Shown piece by piece: positions 47,326 to 58,124 of a stretch of 63,323 nucleotides of DNA. Source of the DNA: a virus (Duplodnaviria > Caudoviricetes). The notes beneath the pieces were generated by a model. The model was not told the DNA's origin. It ran no database searches and was given only the letters and a program-made list of their open reading frames with translations. A program made the position numbers and the translations under genes. The number at the start of each line of letters is the position of its first letter. The first letter of the stretch is position 1. Location of the stretch: positions 1-63,323 of IMG/VR virus record IMGVR_UViG_3300047457_000456; one strand, given 5' to 3'.

Positions 47326-48207
47326 TTATCGAATACCAAGCATTCTTGAGAATATGCCACTTGAACTCTGTCGAACAGGTTCAGTTGGTCGGACTACGGG
47401 TTGAGCTGAATCAGCTGTACTAATTGGAGTAGGCGCACGACGCTGTTTGGCAACCATTTCTGCCAGCTCAGGCACCATGCTTTCAATTAGGCCTTCGACT
47501 TGGTTATGTACATGCTCGGCTGCTTCTCGTGGAGACATACCTGCATTCATCAGGTTATCTACCATCTGCATTGCTCTACGAGCATATGGGAATTCTGTAA
47601 GAGCAGCATTGCGCTGCTGTTGCATTAAAACCCCATTGACTTGCTGGTTTAGTTTGTCGTATCTATATTTCGTAATTTCAGCTTCAGCTTGTGCTTCAGC
47701 GAGTTGTGGATCAAGATACTGATCGGTTTGTGCAGCTAACCATTTGTCGCGAATCTGTTGTTCGTACTGTTGTTCTTGTTGTGCCTCTAAAGCTTTTCGT
47801 ACATCTTCAGCTGAGTTAAAACCATTTTCCTCAAACTGTCGAATAACATCTGCCCATTGGTCAAACTTAGATTGAACTTCGCGTCCAACTTTGGCTTGCT
47901 CATTAACTTCCCTGAATCTTTCGTAAGGAACAGCTTCAGGCTCAGTCCTACCTAGATTATCCATCAGTCGCTGGCGAACTTCTTCTTCAGCGCTGTACAG
48001 ATCTAAAGCAGCATTCCACTCTTCGTCATAACCGTCGTCACCATCGGCTTCTGCGTATGTTTCACCTTCAGAATCGTTTAACGCCCATTCCTGATTATCG
48101 CCAGTGGCGGCCTGACGTACATGATCAACTAGTGCAGAACCAACGCTTGTTTCGCCCGTCGCCGCTGCTGGTGAGTCAGCGGTTCGCATCACCATCTCTT
48201 CGGACAT
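47326..48207 (-). CDS. Capsid scaffolding protein
   Basis: Acidic N-terminus, VPYERFREVN motif, coiled coil; between portal and MCP. Confidence 0.8.
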   Translation of the reverse strand: MSEEMVMRTADSPAAATGETSVGSALVDHVRQAATGDNQEWALNDSEGETYAEADGDDGYDEEWNAALDLYSAEEEVRQRLMDNLGRTEPEAVPYERFREVNEQAKVGREVQSKFDQWADVIRQFEENGFNSAEDVRKALEAQQEQQYEQQIRDKWLAAQTDQYLDPQLAEAQAEAEITKYRYDKLNQQVNGVLMQQQRNAALTEFPYARRAMQMVDNLMNAGMSPREAAEHVHNQVEGLIESMVPELAEMVAKQRRAPTPISTADSAQPVVRPTEPVRQSSSGIFSRMLGIR

Positions 48208-50574
48208 TTACAATATACCCTCATCTTCTTGCATTGTGCCAACATCTTGCATAGGCATAGCTTCTTCCATTGGCATTTGACCTCCTTGTTGTCGTTGCAT
48301 AATTGCTTGACGTGCAGCATCTGGATTAAACATTTCCTCTTCAGGTTGTTCCATTTCCATTTCTGGCATAGGAGGTCGTAGCTGTGGTTCAGCCATACCC
48401 ATCATCCCACTCGTGCTATCTAAACCAGATGGCATTTCACCTGATTCATCTTGCGACTCAAGACCAGCCTTGGCTGTTAGCAGAGTAATTTCTGCTTCAA
48501 GCTTTGCCTGTATCTCTGCACGTTTCTTCGCAATATCGATTTCAGCCTTTGCCTGTTCAGCTTCAATATCAAATGATGGTTGCTGTTTCTGCTGAGACTG
48601 CGCTTGCATTTGCATTTGCGCTTGCATCATTTCTTGTTGCTGCATCTGCGCTTGCTTAATTTTGTTTTGTTGTTCCTCTAAATGATTAAGTATTTTAGAG
48701 GCTTCCGGCATATTTACTAATTCAATAAATAACCTATTTGTATCTGGATCTGCTGGGTCACCAAATACACCCATTTGCCGTAGGGTTGCATATTTTTGTA
48801 ATCTAGCTTCTGGGCCATCATCCATTGCAGATCCCGGTACATATACAATCCTAAATTGACCACCGTTGCGAATAGCATCAAAGCGCATAACGCCTTGCTT
48901 AAGCTGATCGCTAGGAGCACCTTCTTCCTGCATGTTTCCTACAAATGGAACAATGGCAAATTGCTGTACAAGAGAAACTTCCCACTCTTTAATTTTGTAG
49001 TTGCTGATTTCAATGTCAGCTCTTACATACGAGTGTTGAGTGTTATCTGCCTTTTGTAATAATCGAACAGCTTCTGCTGGTGTACCTGCTTGAGCCATAC
49101 CTTGGCTAACATCATGCAATCCAGCTACGTCTGCCATATCTTTTTCAATAAACTGAAGGACAGGAAATATGTCACTACCTACGCCGGGTGCTCTAACAAT
49201 TTGTGGTGGTTGTGATCCACGGTCGTAGTAAATTTTTCGATAGACTCGATTTGCGTCATCGACAGTGTCACTTTTATTGTCAAATGCATCAGCGCCAATT
49301 TTACTTAAACGCTCAACCATGATGTAGTCTTTTTGTCCCTCAAATTGTTCAAGGAGCTTTGACCACAATCTGTTGTACATCAACTGTAATTGCGTAAGGT
49401 CAAAACCTAAACTGTATCCATATGGAGTACCAGCTCTTGGTTGCCATCGTAGTGGAATAAATGGAAATGAGTCACGCTTTTCATATGGCCATATACCAGC
49501 ATAGAGTAACTGACTATTTGTGGAAACTATGTAACGACCTTTAGGATAAAGAGCACTAGGCTTTTCCCAATATTCGTACACAGTTGCAGCATGTTTTCTT
49601 GCATCGTAACTTGACTGTCTTGCTGGTGTTGGATTTGTGTATCCGAATCCGCTTCCTGCTGCGCCATCAAGATAATTGTCCACATAACTAGCATTGTGTC
49701 CGGTGAGTGCATCTGCTTTTACTCGCTTTCCGATATCACCGTATGAGTCAACAAACCAACTCAACGGCTTAACCATTGCATGAATGAGCCAGCGCACGTC
49801 ATCGTCTTGCTTAGCTGTAGGGTCTAGATAAACATCAAATGCTGGAAGAATCTGTTCTACAACATCACCAGCATCAAACTGCTTGTGACCTATTACTTCC
49901 TTACCAGACACATCGTAAAGTGGAACAACCTGACTTTTATTACTATCCCAAAATATTTTTAAGTAACTAGTCCCACATACACAAGCCCATCGAACACGTT
50001 CTTTTAACTGCGTTTCTCGTCCAAACTTTTTAGCGTAATGTTTAATGATAAAGTTTGCCTCATCTGCTGCCATCCTATCGCGATCGCTTTCAGATAGAGG
50101 GACAGCACTAGCATCCGGACTGCCTTGAGTTAGCTTTCCTACAACACCGTCAATAAGTGGACGCATCTTATTTACTACAACATATCGTGTAGGTTCTTTA
50201 TGATTCTGCAACTTAACAAGATTGCGAGCATTGCTATTAATTCTAAACCACTGCCGTCCTTCAAAGAATGCAACGGAAAGTGCCCACTCGGTTTCCATTT
50301 CCTGCCTTGCACGTTGAGCAGTTTCAAATTGACCTTTGACAAAATCGCAAACTTTCATTGCCTCAGCTGGTGTTTCAGCAGGTAATACTTGCCAATCTTT
50401 TTCTTCTTGATCTAACTCAAGGTTTTCTGATTCATTTAACCGAGGGTCGCTAAGTTTCAATGCTCCAATAGTGCCCTCGTGCTCTGGCACCTTAAATGCT
50501 GTCATTGACGCATTAGGCGCACCACCTCGCAGCATGTTTGCCAACTTACTAGGATTGATCATCGGTTTTCTCAT
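48208..50574 (-). CDS. Portal protein (P22-like) with long Q/M-rich tail
   Basis: W....AFFEGRQW, NKMRP.I, VYLDP.A, FPFIP, D.AG...V.QG, coiled-coil tail. Confidence 0.88.
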   Translation of the reverse strand: MRKPMINPSKLANMLRGGAPNASMTAFKVPEHEGTIGALKLSDPRLNESENLELDQEEKDWQVLPAETPAEAMKVCDFVKGQFETAQRARQEMETEWALSVAFFEGRQWFRINSNARNLVKLQNHKEPTRYVVVNKMRPLIDGVVGKLTQGSPDASAVPLSESDRDRMAADEANFIIKHYAKKFGRETQLKERVRWACVCGTSYLKIFWDSNKSQVVPLYDVSGKEVIGHKQFDAGDVVEQILPAFDVYLDPTAKQDDDVRWLIHAMVKPLSWFVDSYGDIGKRVKADALTGHNASYVDNYLDGAAGSGFGYTNPTPARQSSYDARKHAATVYEYWEKPSALYPKGRYIVSTNSQLLYAGIWPYEKRDSFPFIPLRWQPRAGTPYGYSLGFDLTQLQLMYNRLWSKLLEQFEGQKDYIMVERLSKIGADAFDNKSDTVDDANRVYRKIYYDRGSQPPQIVRAPGVGSDIFPVLQFIEKDMADVAGLHDVSQGMAQAGTPAEAVRLLQKADNTQHSYVRADIEISNYKIKEWEVSLVQQFAIVPFVGNMQEEGAPSDQLKQGVMRFDAIRNGGQFRIVYVPGSAMDDGPEARLQKYATLRQMGVFGDPADPDTNRLFIELVNMPEASKILNHLEEQQNKIKQAQMQQQEMMQAQMQMQAQSQQKQQPSFDIEAEQAKAEIDIAKKRAEIQAKLEAEITLLTAKAGLESQDESGEMPSGLDSTSGMMGMAEPQLRPPMPEMEMEQPEEEMFNPDAARQAIMQRQQGGQMPMEEAMPMQDVGTMQEDEGIL

Positions 50575-50708
50575 AGCCAGTCACCTGTCTTCTTTATTTC
50601 GTTTAAGATTTTCTCAGCTCTCTGGTTTTTAAGTTCTTTTAAAACCTCAGTCATCCATACAAGCATAAGTATCCCAAATAAAGCTTCAGCTACATCACGA
50701 ACACTCAT
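50571..50708 (-). CDS. Small membrane protein (45 aa, not in ORF track)
   Basis: MSVRDVAEALFGILMLVWMTEVLKELK...; overlap-coupled to TerL and portal. Confidence 0.6.
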   Translation of the reverse strand: MSVRDVAEALFGILMLVWMTEVLKELKNQRAEKILNEIKKTGDWL

Positions 50709-52447
50709 TAGATCCAGTCCTTTTGTTGCCTATTATTTAACCAACTAGGCATGTTCTCACTATTACGAATACGTTCAGATCTAACCTCTGGACATTCTAC
50801 TGGATATTTACGCCACATAGCCCCATACCGCATACTATCAATCGCGTGGTCATTCTTAGTACCATTGTCAATCTCATCTGGATCTCTTGGTGATGCCATT
50901 GTTTTCTCTAACTGTTTAATTATGTTTGGGCATTTACTACGTACTATCTGTAACTTTGGCCTACGTTTACCACCAACAAATTCAGATGCATCTAGCATTT
51001 CTTTCATCTGCGCCCATCCAGCTTTTCTATCTTTAACAGCACGTACACAGGGTAGGCCCATATTCCACCAGACCTCAACTGGATATTCACCAATACGTTC
51101 TTCTATTTTTGCTGGAGGAAATGTATTAGCCCAGTCAAATGCTATTGCTTCAAGTTTAGTAGCCCATTGATTACGGTCTTTTGATAAACACGTGGCTAAA
51201 TCAAACTGCTCAAGCATTTGAACTACATGATTTGCCTGACTAGAACTTACATGACCAGCTTCGTACCACTCAGATAATACGTATACGTTTTCTCTTTCAT
51301 CAGACGCAAAAAGTAATGTACAGGCGGGTGCACCAGTACCATAGTCGTGGCTCGCCCAGAATCTCCACCATGGCTGTATTTCTACATGGTCAACTACATG
51401 CCATGGGTTACCTTCATTGTCAATTTCTCTGAACTGAGGGAAGAATCTACCTCCTACGCCAACCTCATGTTGACACTCACGTAGGAAAGACGTTAATCCA
51501 AATGTGTCAATTTCATCTTGACAAACTTCTATGCTCTTATGTTTCCATGCTGGAGTACCACCAGTGATCTTATAACCAACTCTTCCGTTGTCTCGTTCAC
51601 AAGGTTCGTATTTTAAATCCCAAATAGCTGGCACCTTTGGAGACTGAATACGATTCTGCAACATATCAATTTCGCCAGATAGTGTTCGTGTCATTACACT
51701 ATTGCTATGAATAGCGTTCTGCACAAATATGACCGCACAATCAATACTCCTAGCAGGAAGAATAGTTGCGGTCATTGTCTTAATCTTTTTCTCGACACGA
51801 TCAACAGAGTCATCTAATTCGTCTATGTCATCAAAGATAATAATGTCTGGGCGTAAGTGATCTAGCTTAACACCACGAGCGCCTGTGTCGAGACCAAATG
51901 CAAGGACATTAAATCCATTTGCTGTTCGTAATTTACTTGCGCTCCAACCTTTTGAAAAACCATATTGGTTTACAGCTCGCTCAATACCACATTTTTCCAT
52001 AGCACTAGCAATGTCATTGACGTGTCTATTTGCAGCATCTTGAGTGTGACAAACATACAATGCAAATCGCCTTGTAGCTTTTACTGCTAATCTAGAAATG
52101 ATAAGTTCAACTGTAGTTGATTTACCACCACCACGAAACCAACACTCGATTAATGCTGGAGCAGATGCACCGGGCTTAAGTTTTTCTGCCCATTCCCATG
52201 CACGTATATGATGCTCTGCTAAATCAGCGTTAGCTGCATGTCTAGCATAAGAACGTAACCATTGTTTGTAATCTAATTCCGAACCATTAATTGGTATTGC
52301 TTTACCACTATCAAAGTCACCTAGTTGAAGTGTTGTGTCAAGTTCATCTTCTAATGCTTGCAGTAAACTTACTGACAATGACTTGCCAGATTGTATAAAT
52401 GGTTTTAATTTTCGAGGAGTTAGTGATTTGCCAATACTAGCTTTCAT
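50708..52447 (-). CDS. terL: Terminase large subunit
   Basis: RGGGKST Walker A, IIIFDDID Walker B, HDYG, DHAIDSMRY nuclease motif. Confidence 0.92.
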   Translation of the reverse strand: MKASIGKSLTPRKLKPFIQSGKSLSVSLLQALEDELDTTLQLGDFDSGKAIPINGSELDYKQWLRSYARHAANADLAEHHIRAWEWAEKLKPGASAPALIECWFRGGGKSTTVELIISRLAVKATRRFALYVCHTQDAANRHVNDIASAMEKCGIERAVNQYGFSKGWSASKLRTANGFNVLAFGLDTGARGVKLDHLRPDIIIFDDIDELDDSVDRVEKKIKTMTATILPARSIDCAVIFVQNAIHSNSVMTRTLSGEIDMLQNRIQSPKVPAIWDLKYEPCERDNGRVGYKITGGTPAWKHKSIEVCQDEIDTFGLTSFLRECQHEVGVGGRFFPQFREIDNEGNPWHVVDHVEIQPWWRFWASHDYGTGAPACTLLFASDERENVYVLSEWYEAGHVSSSQANHVVQMLEQFDLATCLSKDRNQWATKLEAIAFDWANTFPPAKIEERIGEYPVEVWWNMGLPCVRAVKDRKAGWAQMKEMLDASEFVGGKRRPKLQIVRSKCPNIIKQLEKTMASPRDPDEIDNGTKNDHAIDSMRYGAMWRKYPVECPEVRSERIRNSENMPSWLNNRQQKDWI

Positions 52448-53153
52448 CTATAACCTCCGCATCGATAACGTCTTCTTCCTGATACTGTTTTAATAGTTTG
52501 CTGATTCCAGACTTAATTGCATTCATCTCTTCAGCATCTTTAACACTCTTTTTAATTACATCTAAGACTTGCATAATCAGGCTGTATGCTTGATCAACTT
52601 CAAGAATATACGATTTACTTTGGAGCATTTTCTGTTCAGTCTCCACAATAAATGTTCTTTGTCTAATTAAATCAATAAGGCTATCAGAAGCTTTTGTAGC
52701 ATCAGCACCAGCTGTGACGCTAGAATCCAGTGCATCAATTAACTTGCCAACCTCTTCAAAGTTACTGCTTTTCCATTCAGATTTAAGTGTCTTTACAAGA
52801 CCTTTTATTTCTATATAATGCTCAGTTGTAATACCTTCATTGATTGCTTCTGCACGTAAGTCAAGTAATGCCGTGATATACGCTGCATCATCTTTAAGCG
52901 ACCAGAGTTCTGGATCATCTCTTAACTCGCGTATACGTGTTAATAATTTAGGGGCTACAGATGAAAACCTCTCTCGATTCATCCCATGTAGACCAGTTTT
53001 AAATGTTGGTGAGTTTATATTTCTTGTAGCTTTAGAAACGTGAAATCCACATAAGGTGTGCCCTTCCATTGCGTTTCTTTTACACTGGTGTCTTTCTCCA
53101 TGCCGGGTAAAAGTCGCAATGCATCTTTGATTTACCTTCTGTAATTCATTCAT
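52437..53153 (-). CDS. Terminase small subunit candidate
   Basis: RC.A...QC...LCGFH..FKTG.H zinc-binding N-terminus; directly upstream of TerL. Confidence 0.65.
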   Translation of the reverse strand: MNELQKVNQRCIATFTRHGERHQCKRNAMEGHTLCGFHVSKATRNINSPTFKTGLHGMNRERFSSVAPKLLTRIRELRDDPELWSLKDDAAYITALLDLRAEAINEGITTEHYIEIKGLVKTLKSEWKSSNFEEVGKLIDALDSSVTAGADATKASDSLIDLIRQRTFIVETEQKMLQSKSYILEVDQAYSLIMQVLDVIKKSVKDAEEMNAIKSGISKLLKQYQEEDVIDAEVIDES

Positions 53154-53158
53154 ACTTT

Positions 53159-53175
53159 AGCATACTGTAAGTAAT
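53159..53175 (-). promoter_or_regulatory. Phage promoter/operator motif (leaderless TerS candidate)
   Basis: ATTACTTACAGTATGCT ending 5 nt before ATG. Confidence 0.65.
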
Positions 53176-53753
53176 TACTTTTTAATAGGCTGTTTTTTTG
53201 GCTGTATGTTATTTTGCTGTGGTTTTCCAGTAAATAAGTCAGCTAATGCATGTATAGCTGGGGTTGCGTATTTAACTGGCGTATTTATGATTTCGCCAAA
53301 TTTTGAAACACCACTCATTCCTTTTTCATACATCGGATTTTCTATAATCTGTTTTGCAATAGGTCTTAACAGTGGGCCATACATTTGTAACCACATTGCT
53401 CTGTTACGTGCATCAGTTGTGTTATTTATAAACGAGTCATCATCCTCAATTTGTTTTCTTAATTCGTGATCACCAAAAGCATTATATAAGCTGTCAATGC
53501 CAAGATTTACCAATGGTGCAGCAGCCCCAGTAGATTTCGCAGTTAAATAATCTTGCAGTGCATTTCCACCAATTTGCGACAAACCATACGTAACCGCTTT
53601 TTCTCTATCTGTTGGATCATCAGATGCTAACCCACGTAATGTTGCATCAATGCCACCAACATATGGCATCACTCCCATCAGGTTTGCTGCTAATGGGAGT
53701 TTCTTTCTAATTGTTTTACTTAAAGTAGATTTACTTTTTTGCTGCATTTTCAT
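53175..53753 (-). CDS. Hypothetical protein
   Basis: Overlap-coupled ORF. Confidence 0.65.
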   Translation of the reverse strand: MKMQQKSKSTLSKTIRKKLPLAANLMGVMPYVGGIDATLRGLASDDPTDREKAVTYGLSQIGGNALQDYLTAKSTGAAAPLVNLGIDSLYNAFGDHELRKQIEDDDSFINNTTDARNRAMWLQMYGPLLRPIAKQIIENPMYEKGMSGVSKFGEIINTPVKYATPAIHALADLFTGKPQQNNIQPKKQPIKK

Positions 53754-56700
53754 TTCTCACTTGTTCAGATAGATTACTTCTAACTCGATCTCCAAATACT
53801 CCAGCAGCTGCTGGAATCATTAACATGCCGGGCTTTTTGATTCTGGCAAGTAATCCTTTACCTTTTGCTGCCTGAGCCATATCTCCAATAACGACACCCT
53901 TAGTACGTTTTGGTGACGGCATAGCAGGAGTAGCACCTGCCAGTAAGGATGATCGACCAACTTTAGCTAAGTCAAATTTACTACCAGCTTCAAACCGCAA
54001 GAATGCTAGAGCTGTATCTAAGGCAGCTCTGCTTCCTTCAAATCTAGGACTACGTGTTAATTGATCTATTGTCCTACCAGAAGCAAGTTCTTCGGCAACA
54101 AATCGAATGTCATTTGCTTCCTTAGAAGACACATGTTCTGATCTGCGAGTACTGGCATTCCATTTATCAATATCTGAACGAACTTTCGCAACCCATTCTT
54201 CTGGTTTGAGTTCACCCATAAATTGCTGTGGTACGTAATTGCTACCAGTTGTTTGTCCTGTACCAGTAACAAAACCCTTTCCACGAGGCCCTTTACCTGA
54301 TCCAAGTGGAGTTCCTTTTGGTGTAGTTTCGCCAGTTTCCTCTTGTCGTTCGACATTCTTAATTGCAAGTTCAGCTGTTGGATTTTGGCGACCACGGTTT
54401 TTTGCTGGAGGTTTAGGAATACTTTTTTCAAGTGCTACAGAAACAGCTCTTTGTAGTGATGTTACTTTTCTAATTGCATCTTCAGGCGATGTTGAATTTG
54501 CAATAATAGAAAGTAATCCTCTTTGTCGTGTTGGGTCTTTTAAAAAGTCACTTAAGAGTTCAGCTTGCAATTTAGCTTTTACTTCACCAGAAACATCACG
54601 GGCTTCAATTGCATTGAATTTCTTTTTAAAATCTGGGTTCCAGAATAAAAAGTCTTTACTGTTTGGTCCTAGGCGTTCTGCCATAACATCAATCGCTTGC
54701 CTAGCAACATCAAATAATGCATCTTCACTCATTGTCTGAGCACGAGCAGAACCAGATGCGCCGGATAATTGCTTAGGTAATACTTTACCTTCGCGTAAAC
54801 CTTTGGCAATACCATCAATACCGGCAACTAAACCACCTGTAATACCTTTGGTTGAAACTCCTGATCCAATTAAAGCTTTTGATTGTTCTGGAATGGCTCT
54901 CAAGATGCCTATTAATTCTTTAAAATCAACATCTTCACTTGCTTTGCCATACTCAATCATATTTGCTGCCTGATTTACACCAAGCCCACGTATAGCTCTT
55001 CGTACTGACGTGCCAGCTAACTCATCTGTTAACTGCTGTCGCCCATATGCAACACCAAGTCGTGCAGCGTCTTTAACAAATTTAGCCCATGCTTCTGGAT
55101 TTTTGTTTATTTTCTCCATTAATCCTTCTGGTGAATAAATCTCATAATTTATAGGGCCAGAAGGTAACGTTTTTGCTGGAGTGTAACCGCGAGGACTATC
55201 TTTTCCTACGGTTCCATCTGCGTTTACCATATACGGAGAAACGCCAAACATTTTATAACCACGAACAAAACTTAAAACAGTATCTGGAATATCAACATCC
55301 ATTTCTGTTGCTTTTGACTGTTTAATTAATTCGCCCTGTGTATCTAATAGTAATCTGCGTTGTTTTAAACGTTCTGGAAGACCTTTATTGGATACCTCAG
55401 TTGATGTTGATCCAACATTACCTCCACGCATTCGTTTGAATACTTGAAGAAGTTGCGACTCCTTTGGGGCAAGTCCCATTAGGTCTGTCCAGAATCTAGG
55501 AGTTGATGAGCCGGGATGAGATGCTACTGCAAGCAACTGCTGTTTAAAATCATACGGTGCTTGTTTATTTGCATTGCCTATTTCTGGATTGGCTGCTGCA
55601 AGTGCTTTAAACTTACCAGAAACATAATCTTCAATCTTTTGTGTTTTCAGTTGTCCAATTGCATCATCTAGTAAAAATTCACCTTCTAATCCTGTTGGTG
55701 CAATTTTTATATTTCCTTGTTTATCAACTGAAACCTTTGCTCTAGTTAAACGCGCAAGATTACGCACAAGCGTTTCTTGCAATATACCAGTGCGTTCGTA
55801 GTCACGGGGATATGCTTTGCCCGTTGCTGGGTCAACATCTAACGCCACTGGCTTTCCAGTTGCAGGATCAATTTCTTCTCGCTTAAATGGGCTACGAGCA
55901 ATAGTCTTACCAACGGTTGCTGGAAGCATTAACTTTAACTGATCTGGTGTCGCGTATGGGGATATTTTTTTTGCAAATACACCCCAGTCAGGTGGAGTTT
56001 GCAATAACGCAGCTGTTGCTTGTTTAACACGAGCTTCAAAAGCACGAGCAGATGCTGAATTTGGATCTTTGTCAGTGCCACTACCGAACCAATCCAATTT
56101 TGTAATTTGCTCTACGGCATTTGCTACATCAAGTCTTTGTGCTGCTGCTACAGCTGGTCCGGAAATAGGTTTTCCAGAAACCGGATCAATTAAAGCACCG
56201 CCTTTACCAACTTGCGTACCTGTTTTCATTGATTCCATTAACTTAATGGCACTTTGATTTCCGGAACCAAGTGTCTGGGACAACAAACCTTTTTTTGCTA
56301 AATCTCCAACATTCTCTTCTATTACCGTCATGAATGGTGACTTAGCTTTAAATAATGCTTCTACTAAACCAAGGACTGCTTGTTGCTTTCCACCAATTGC
56401 TGTGCCAGCATATTTTTTATCAAAGTCTTCGCCGATACGTTTAAGTACAATGCCTCTGGCTGCCCCAATTACTTGCTGTTTAAATTTATTTGTTACATCT
56501 TGTACTGTTACGCGACCTTCTTCGGCCCATGCTTCCAGATCTTTATTGGCTACTTTTAAATTTTTCCACTCATCATATGTATTTCCATTTTGTAACCAAG
56601 CGGGTAATCCAAGTCGCATTAAGTTTGCGAGGGTATCCTGCCCTTTTAATTTAGATGTAAGTTGTTTACCAGCACCATAATTACCAGCACTACGTAAAAC

Positions 56701-57948
56701 GTCATCAAACATTTCTTGTGCTTTAGTTAGATATTGATCCTGAATATCTTTAGGCACACCATTGGAAGGATCTGACAAAAGTCCATTTAATGTAACTAAA
56801 TTACCAAATCCATCTGCAATTGCAGTTCGTGTTGCTCCACTTGCACTGCTGTAAACTTGCGCTACACCTTCAAGATAACGTGCTGCATCTACAGCAAATT
56901 GAGCATCTTGTTTAGTACCACCTAGTCCACCCGCAGTTCTAGTAATAACGTTCGTGCGGTCAATTGACGGTTTATTTAAGTATGTTCGCAAAAACGAACC
57001 AGCTGATTGATTACCAATAGATCTCGCAATAATTCCAAGTAATGCTGGACTACCCTTTTGTGTGCGAGATATGTCAATTGTAGATTCTAAACTTTTGGCA
57101 CCACCTACGTTGCCTGACTCTACAACATCAAACTTTCCTCTTTGCTCACCCGATGCTCGTTGCGCAATTACTTCAGATAGAAGTTTGTCATACGCAGCAG
57201 AAGCTTTTGCTGGTGCTTCACGAGTACCTGCAATCTTCGACTTAATGTCTTCAATGACTACATCAACTGGCCTACCAGTTCGTTCAGCAATACTTGTAAT
57301 CTGTGGTGTAGCGCGTTCAATGAACGCATCGATATCCATTGACCCTGAAAATGATGATGTTCCACTTACGGCTGGTCTTGTATTACCACCAGCTTTGCCA
57401 CCAGTACGTACCTTTTGAACTGGTGTATAAATATTAGGGGAGACTGTTTCACCAGTTGCTGTTAATCCACGCGTTACCAGATCTTCTGTGTCAACCTGCC
57501 CAATACGTTGTTGTTCTTGTCGGTCTTCTATTTTTTCGGCTTGAAATGCTTTTGGGCCAGGCATTGATGGTGTGGTAGCTTTTAAAAACTCAAACGGGTC
57601 TACAGAAGTAGTTGCAAATTTAGCAATACCAAGCCTTTGGAATATAGGCATGGCAATCTTGTTGACTTCTTCTTTTGGTGCTCCAGATGCTATTAAATCC
57701 CTTAATTGTTTTTCTTCGTCTGGATTCTTTCCTAATACGTTGTCTATGCGGGCTTTTACTAGGCGAGGCACACCTCCCGGAGATACGTTAATATCACCCT
57801 TCATTTGTGGGTCAACGGCTGGCGCAGGAGGAATTGGTCTAGTACTAGCAGCTGGTGTAGGAGCACCCTGACCAGCCATAGCTTGATCAACCTTTTGCTT
57901 ATCTGTATCTGCTGGATTACCTAGTAATAACGAACGAAATGATGCCAT
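53731..57948 (-). CDS. Large (1405 aa) hypothetical protein, possible internal virion protein
   Basis: GGAG RBS; A/G/K-rich; no catalytic motif recognised. Confidence 0.65.
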   Translation of the reverse strand: MASFRSLLLGNPADTDKQKVDQAMAGQGAPTPAASTRPIPPAPAVDPQMKGDINVSPGGVPRLVKARIDNVLGKNPDEEKQLRDLIASGAPKEEVNKIAMPIFQRLGIAKFATTSVDPFEFLKATTPSMPGPKAFQAEKIEDRQEQQRIGQVDTEDLVTRGLTATGETVSPNIYTPVQKVRTGGKAGGNTRPAVSGTSSFSGSMDIDAFIERATPQITSIAERTGRPVDVVIEDIKSKIAGTREAPAKASAAYDKLLSEVIAQRASGEQRGKFDVVESGNVGGAKSLESTIDISRTQKGSPALLGIIARSIGNQSAGSFLRTYLNKPSIDRTNVITRTAGGLGGTKQDAQFAVDAARYLEGVAQVYSSASGATRTAIADGFGNLVTLNGLLSDPSNGVPKDIQDQYLTKAQEMFDDVLRSAGNYGAGKQLTSKLKGQDTLANLMRLGLPAWLQNGNTYDEWKNLKVANKDLEAWAEEGRVTVQDVTNKFKQQVIGAARGIVLKRIGEDFDKKYAGTAIGGKQQAVLGLVEALFKAKSPFMTVIEENVGDLAKKGLLSQTLGSGNQSAIKLMESMKTGTQVGKGGALIDPVSGKPISGPAVAAAQRLDVANAVEQITKLDWFGSGTDKDPNSASARAFEARVKQATAALLQTPPDWGVFAKKISPYATPDQLKLMLPATVGKTIARSPFKREEIDPATGKPVALDVDPATGKAYPRDYERTGILQETLVRNLARLTRAKVSVDKQGNIKIAPTGLEGEFLLDDAIGQLKTQKIEDYVSGKFKALAAANPEIGNANKQAPYDFKQQLLAVASHPGSSTPRFWTDLMGLAPKESQLLQVFKRMRGGNVGSTSTEVSNKGLPERLKQRRLLLDTQGELIKQSKATEMDVDIPDTVLSFVRGYKMFGVSPYMVNADGTVGKDSPRGYTPAKTLPSGPINYEIYSPEGLMEKINKNPEAWAKFVKDAARLGVAYGRQQLTDELAGTSVRRAIRGLGVNQAANMIEYGKASEDVDFKELIGILRAIPEQSKALIGSGVSTKGITGGLVAGIDGIAKGLREGKVLPKQLSGASGSARAQTMSEDALFDVARQAIDVMAERLGPNSKDFLFWNPDFKKKFNAIEARDVSGEVKAKLQAELLSDFLKDPTRQRGLLSIIANSTSPEDAIRKVTSLQRAVSVALEKSIPKPPAKNRGRQNPTAELAIKNVERQEETGETTPKGTPLGSGKGPRGKGFVTGTGQTTGSNYVPQQFMGELKPEEWVAKVRSDIDKWNASTRRSEHVSSKEANDIRFVAEELASGRTIDQLTRSPRFEGSRAALDTALAFLRFEAGSKFDLAKVGRSSLLAGATPAMPSPKRTKGVVIGDMAQAAKGKGLLARIKKPGMLMIPAAAGVFGDRVRSNLSEQVRNENAAKK

Positions 57949-57962
57949 GACTTACTCCACTG

Positions 57963-58124
57963 TTACTTTACTCGTAAAAGCCTTGGGTTAGCTTTCTTTG
58001 CTTTGGCCGATGCTTTACGTGTAGCAGAAGCCAAGATGGCACCAGCAGCTTTGCTACTGATGCCTTGTTTCTTTGCAATGCTATTTTGCACTGCTTTAAA
58101 TCCCGGATGAAATTTACTGTTCAT
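57963..58124 (-). CDS. Small basic protein (53 aa, not in ORF track)
   Basis: MNSKFHPGFKAVQNSIAKKQGISSKAAGAILASATRKASAKAKKANPRLLRVK; TAATG coupling. Confidence 0.75.
   Translation of the reverse strand: MNSKFHPGFKAVQNSIAKKQGISSKAAGAILASATRKASAKAKKANPRLLRVK

Noticed and set aside
19391-57871. Many + strand ORFs opposite the structural genes, and - strand ORFs in 40-17411
   Set aside because: Antisense shadows of long genes, without RBS or recognisable motifs
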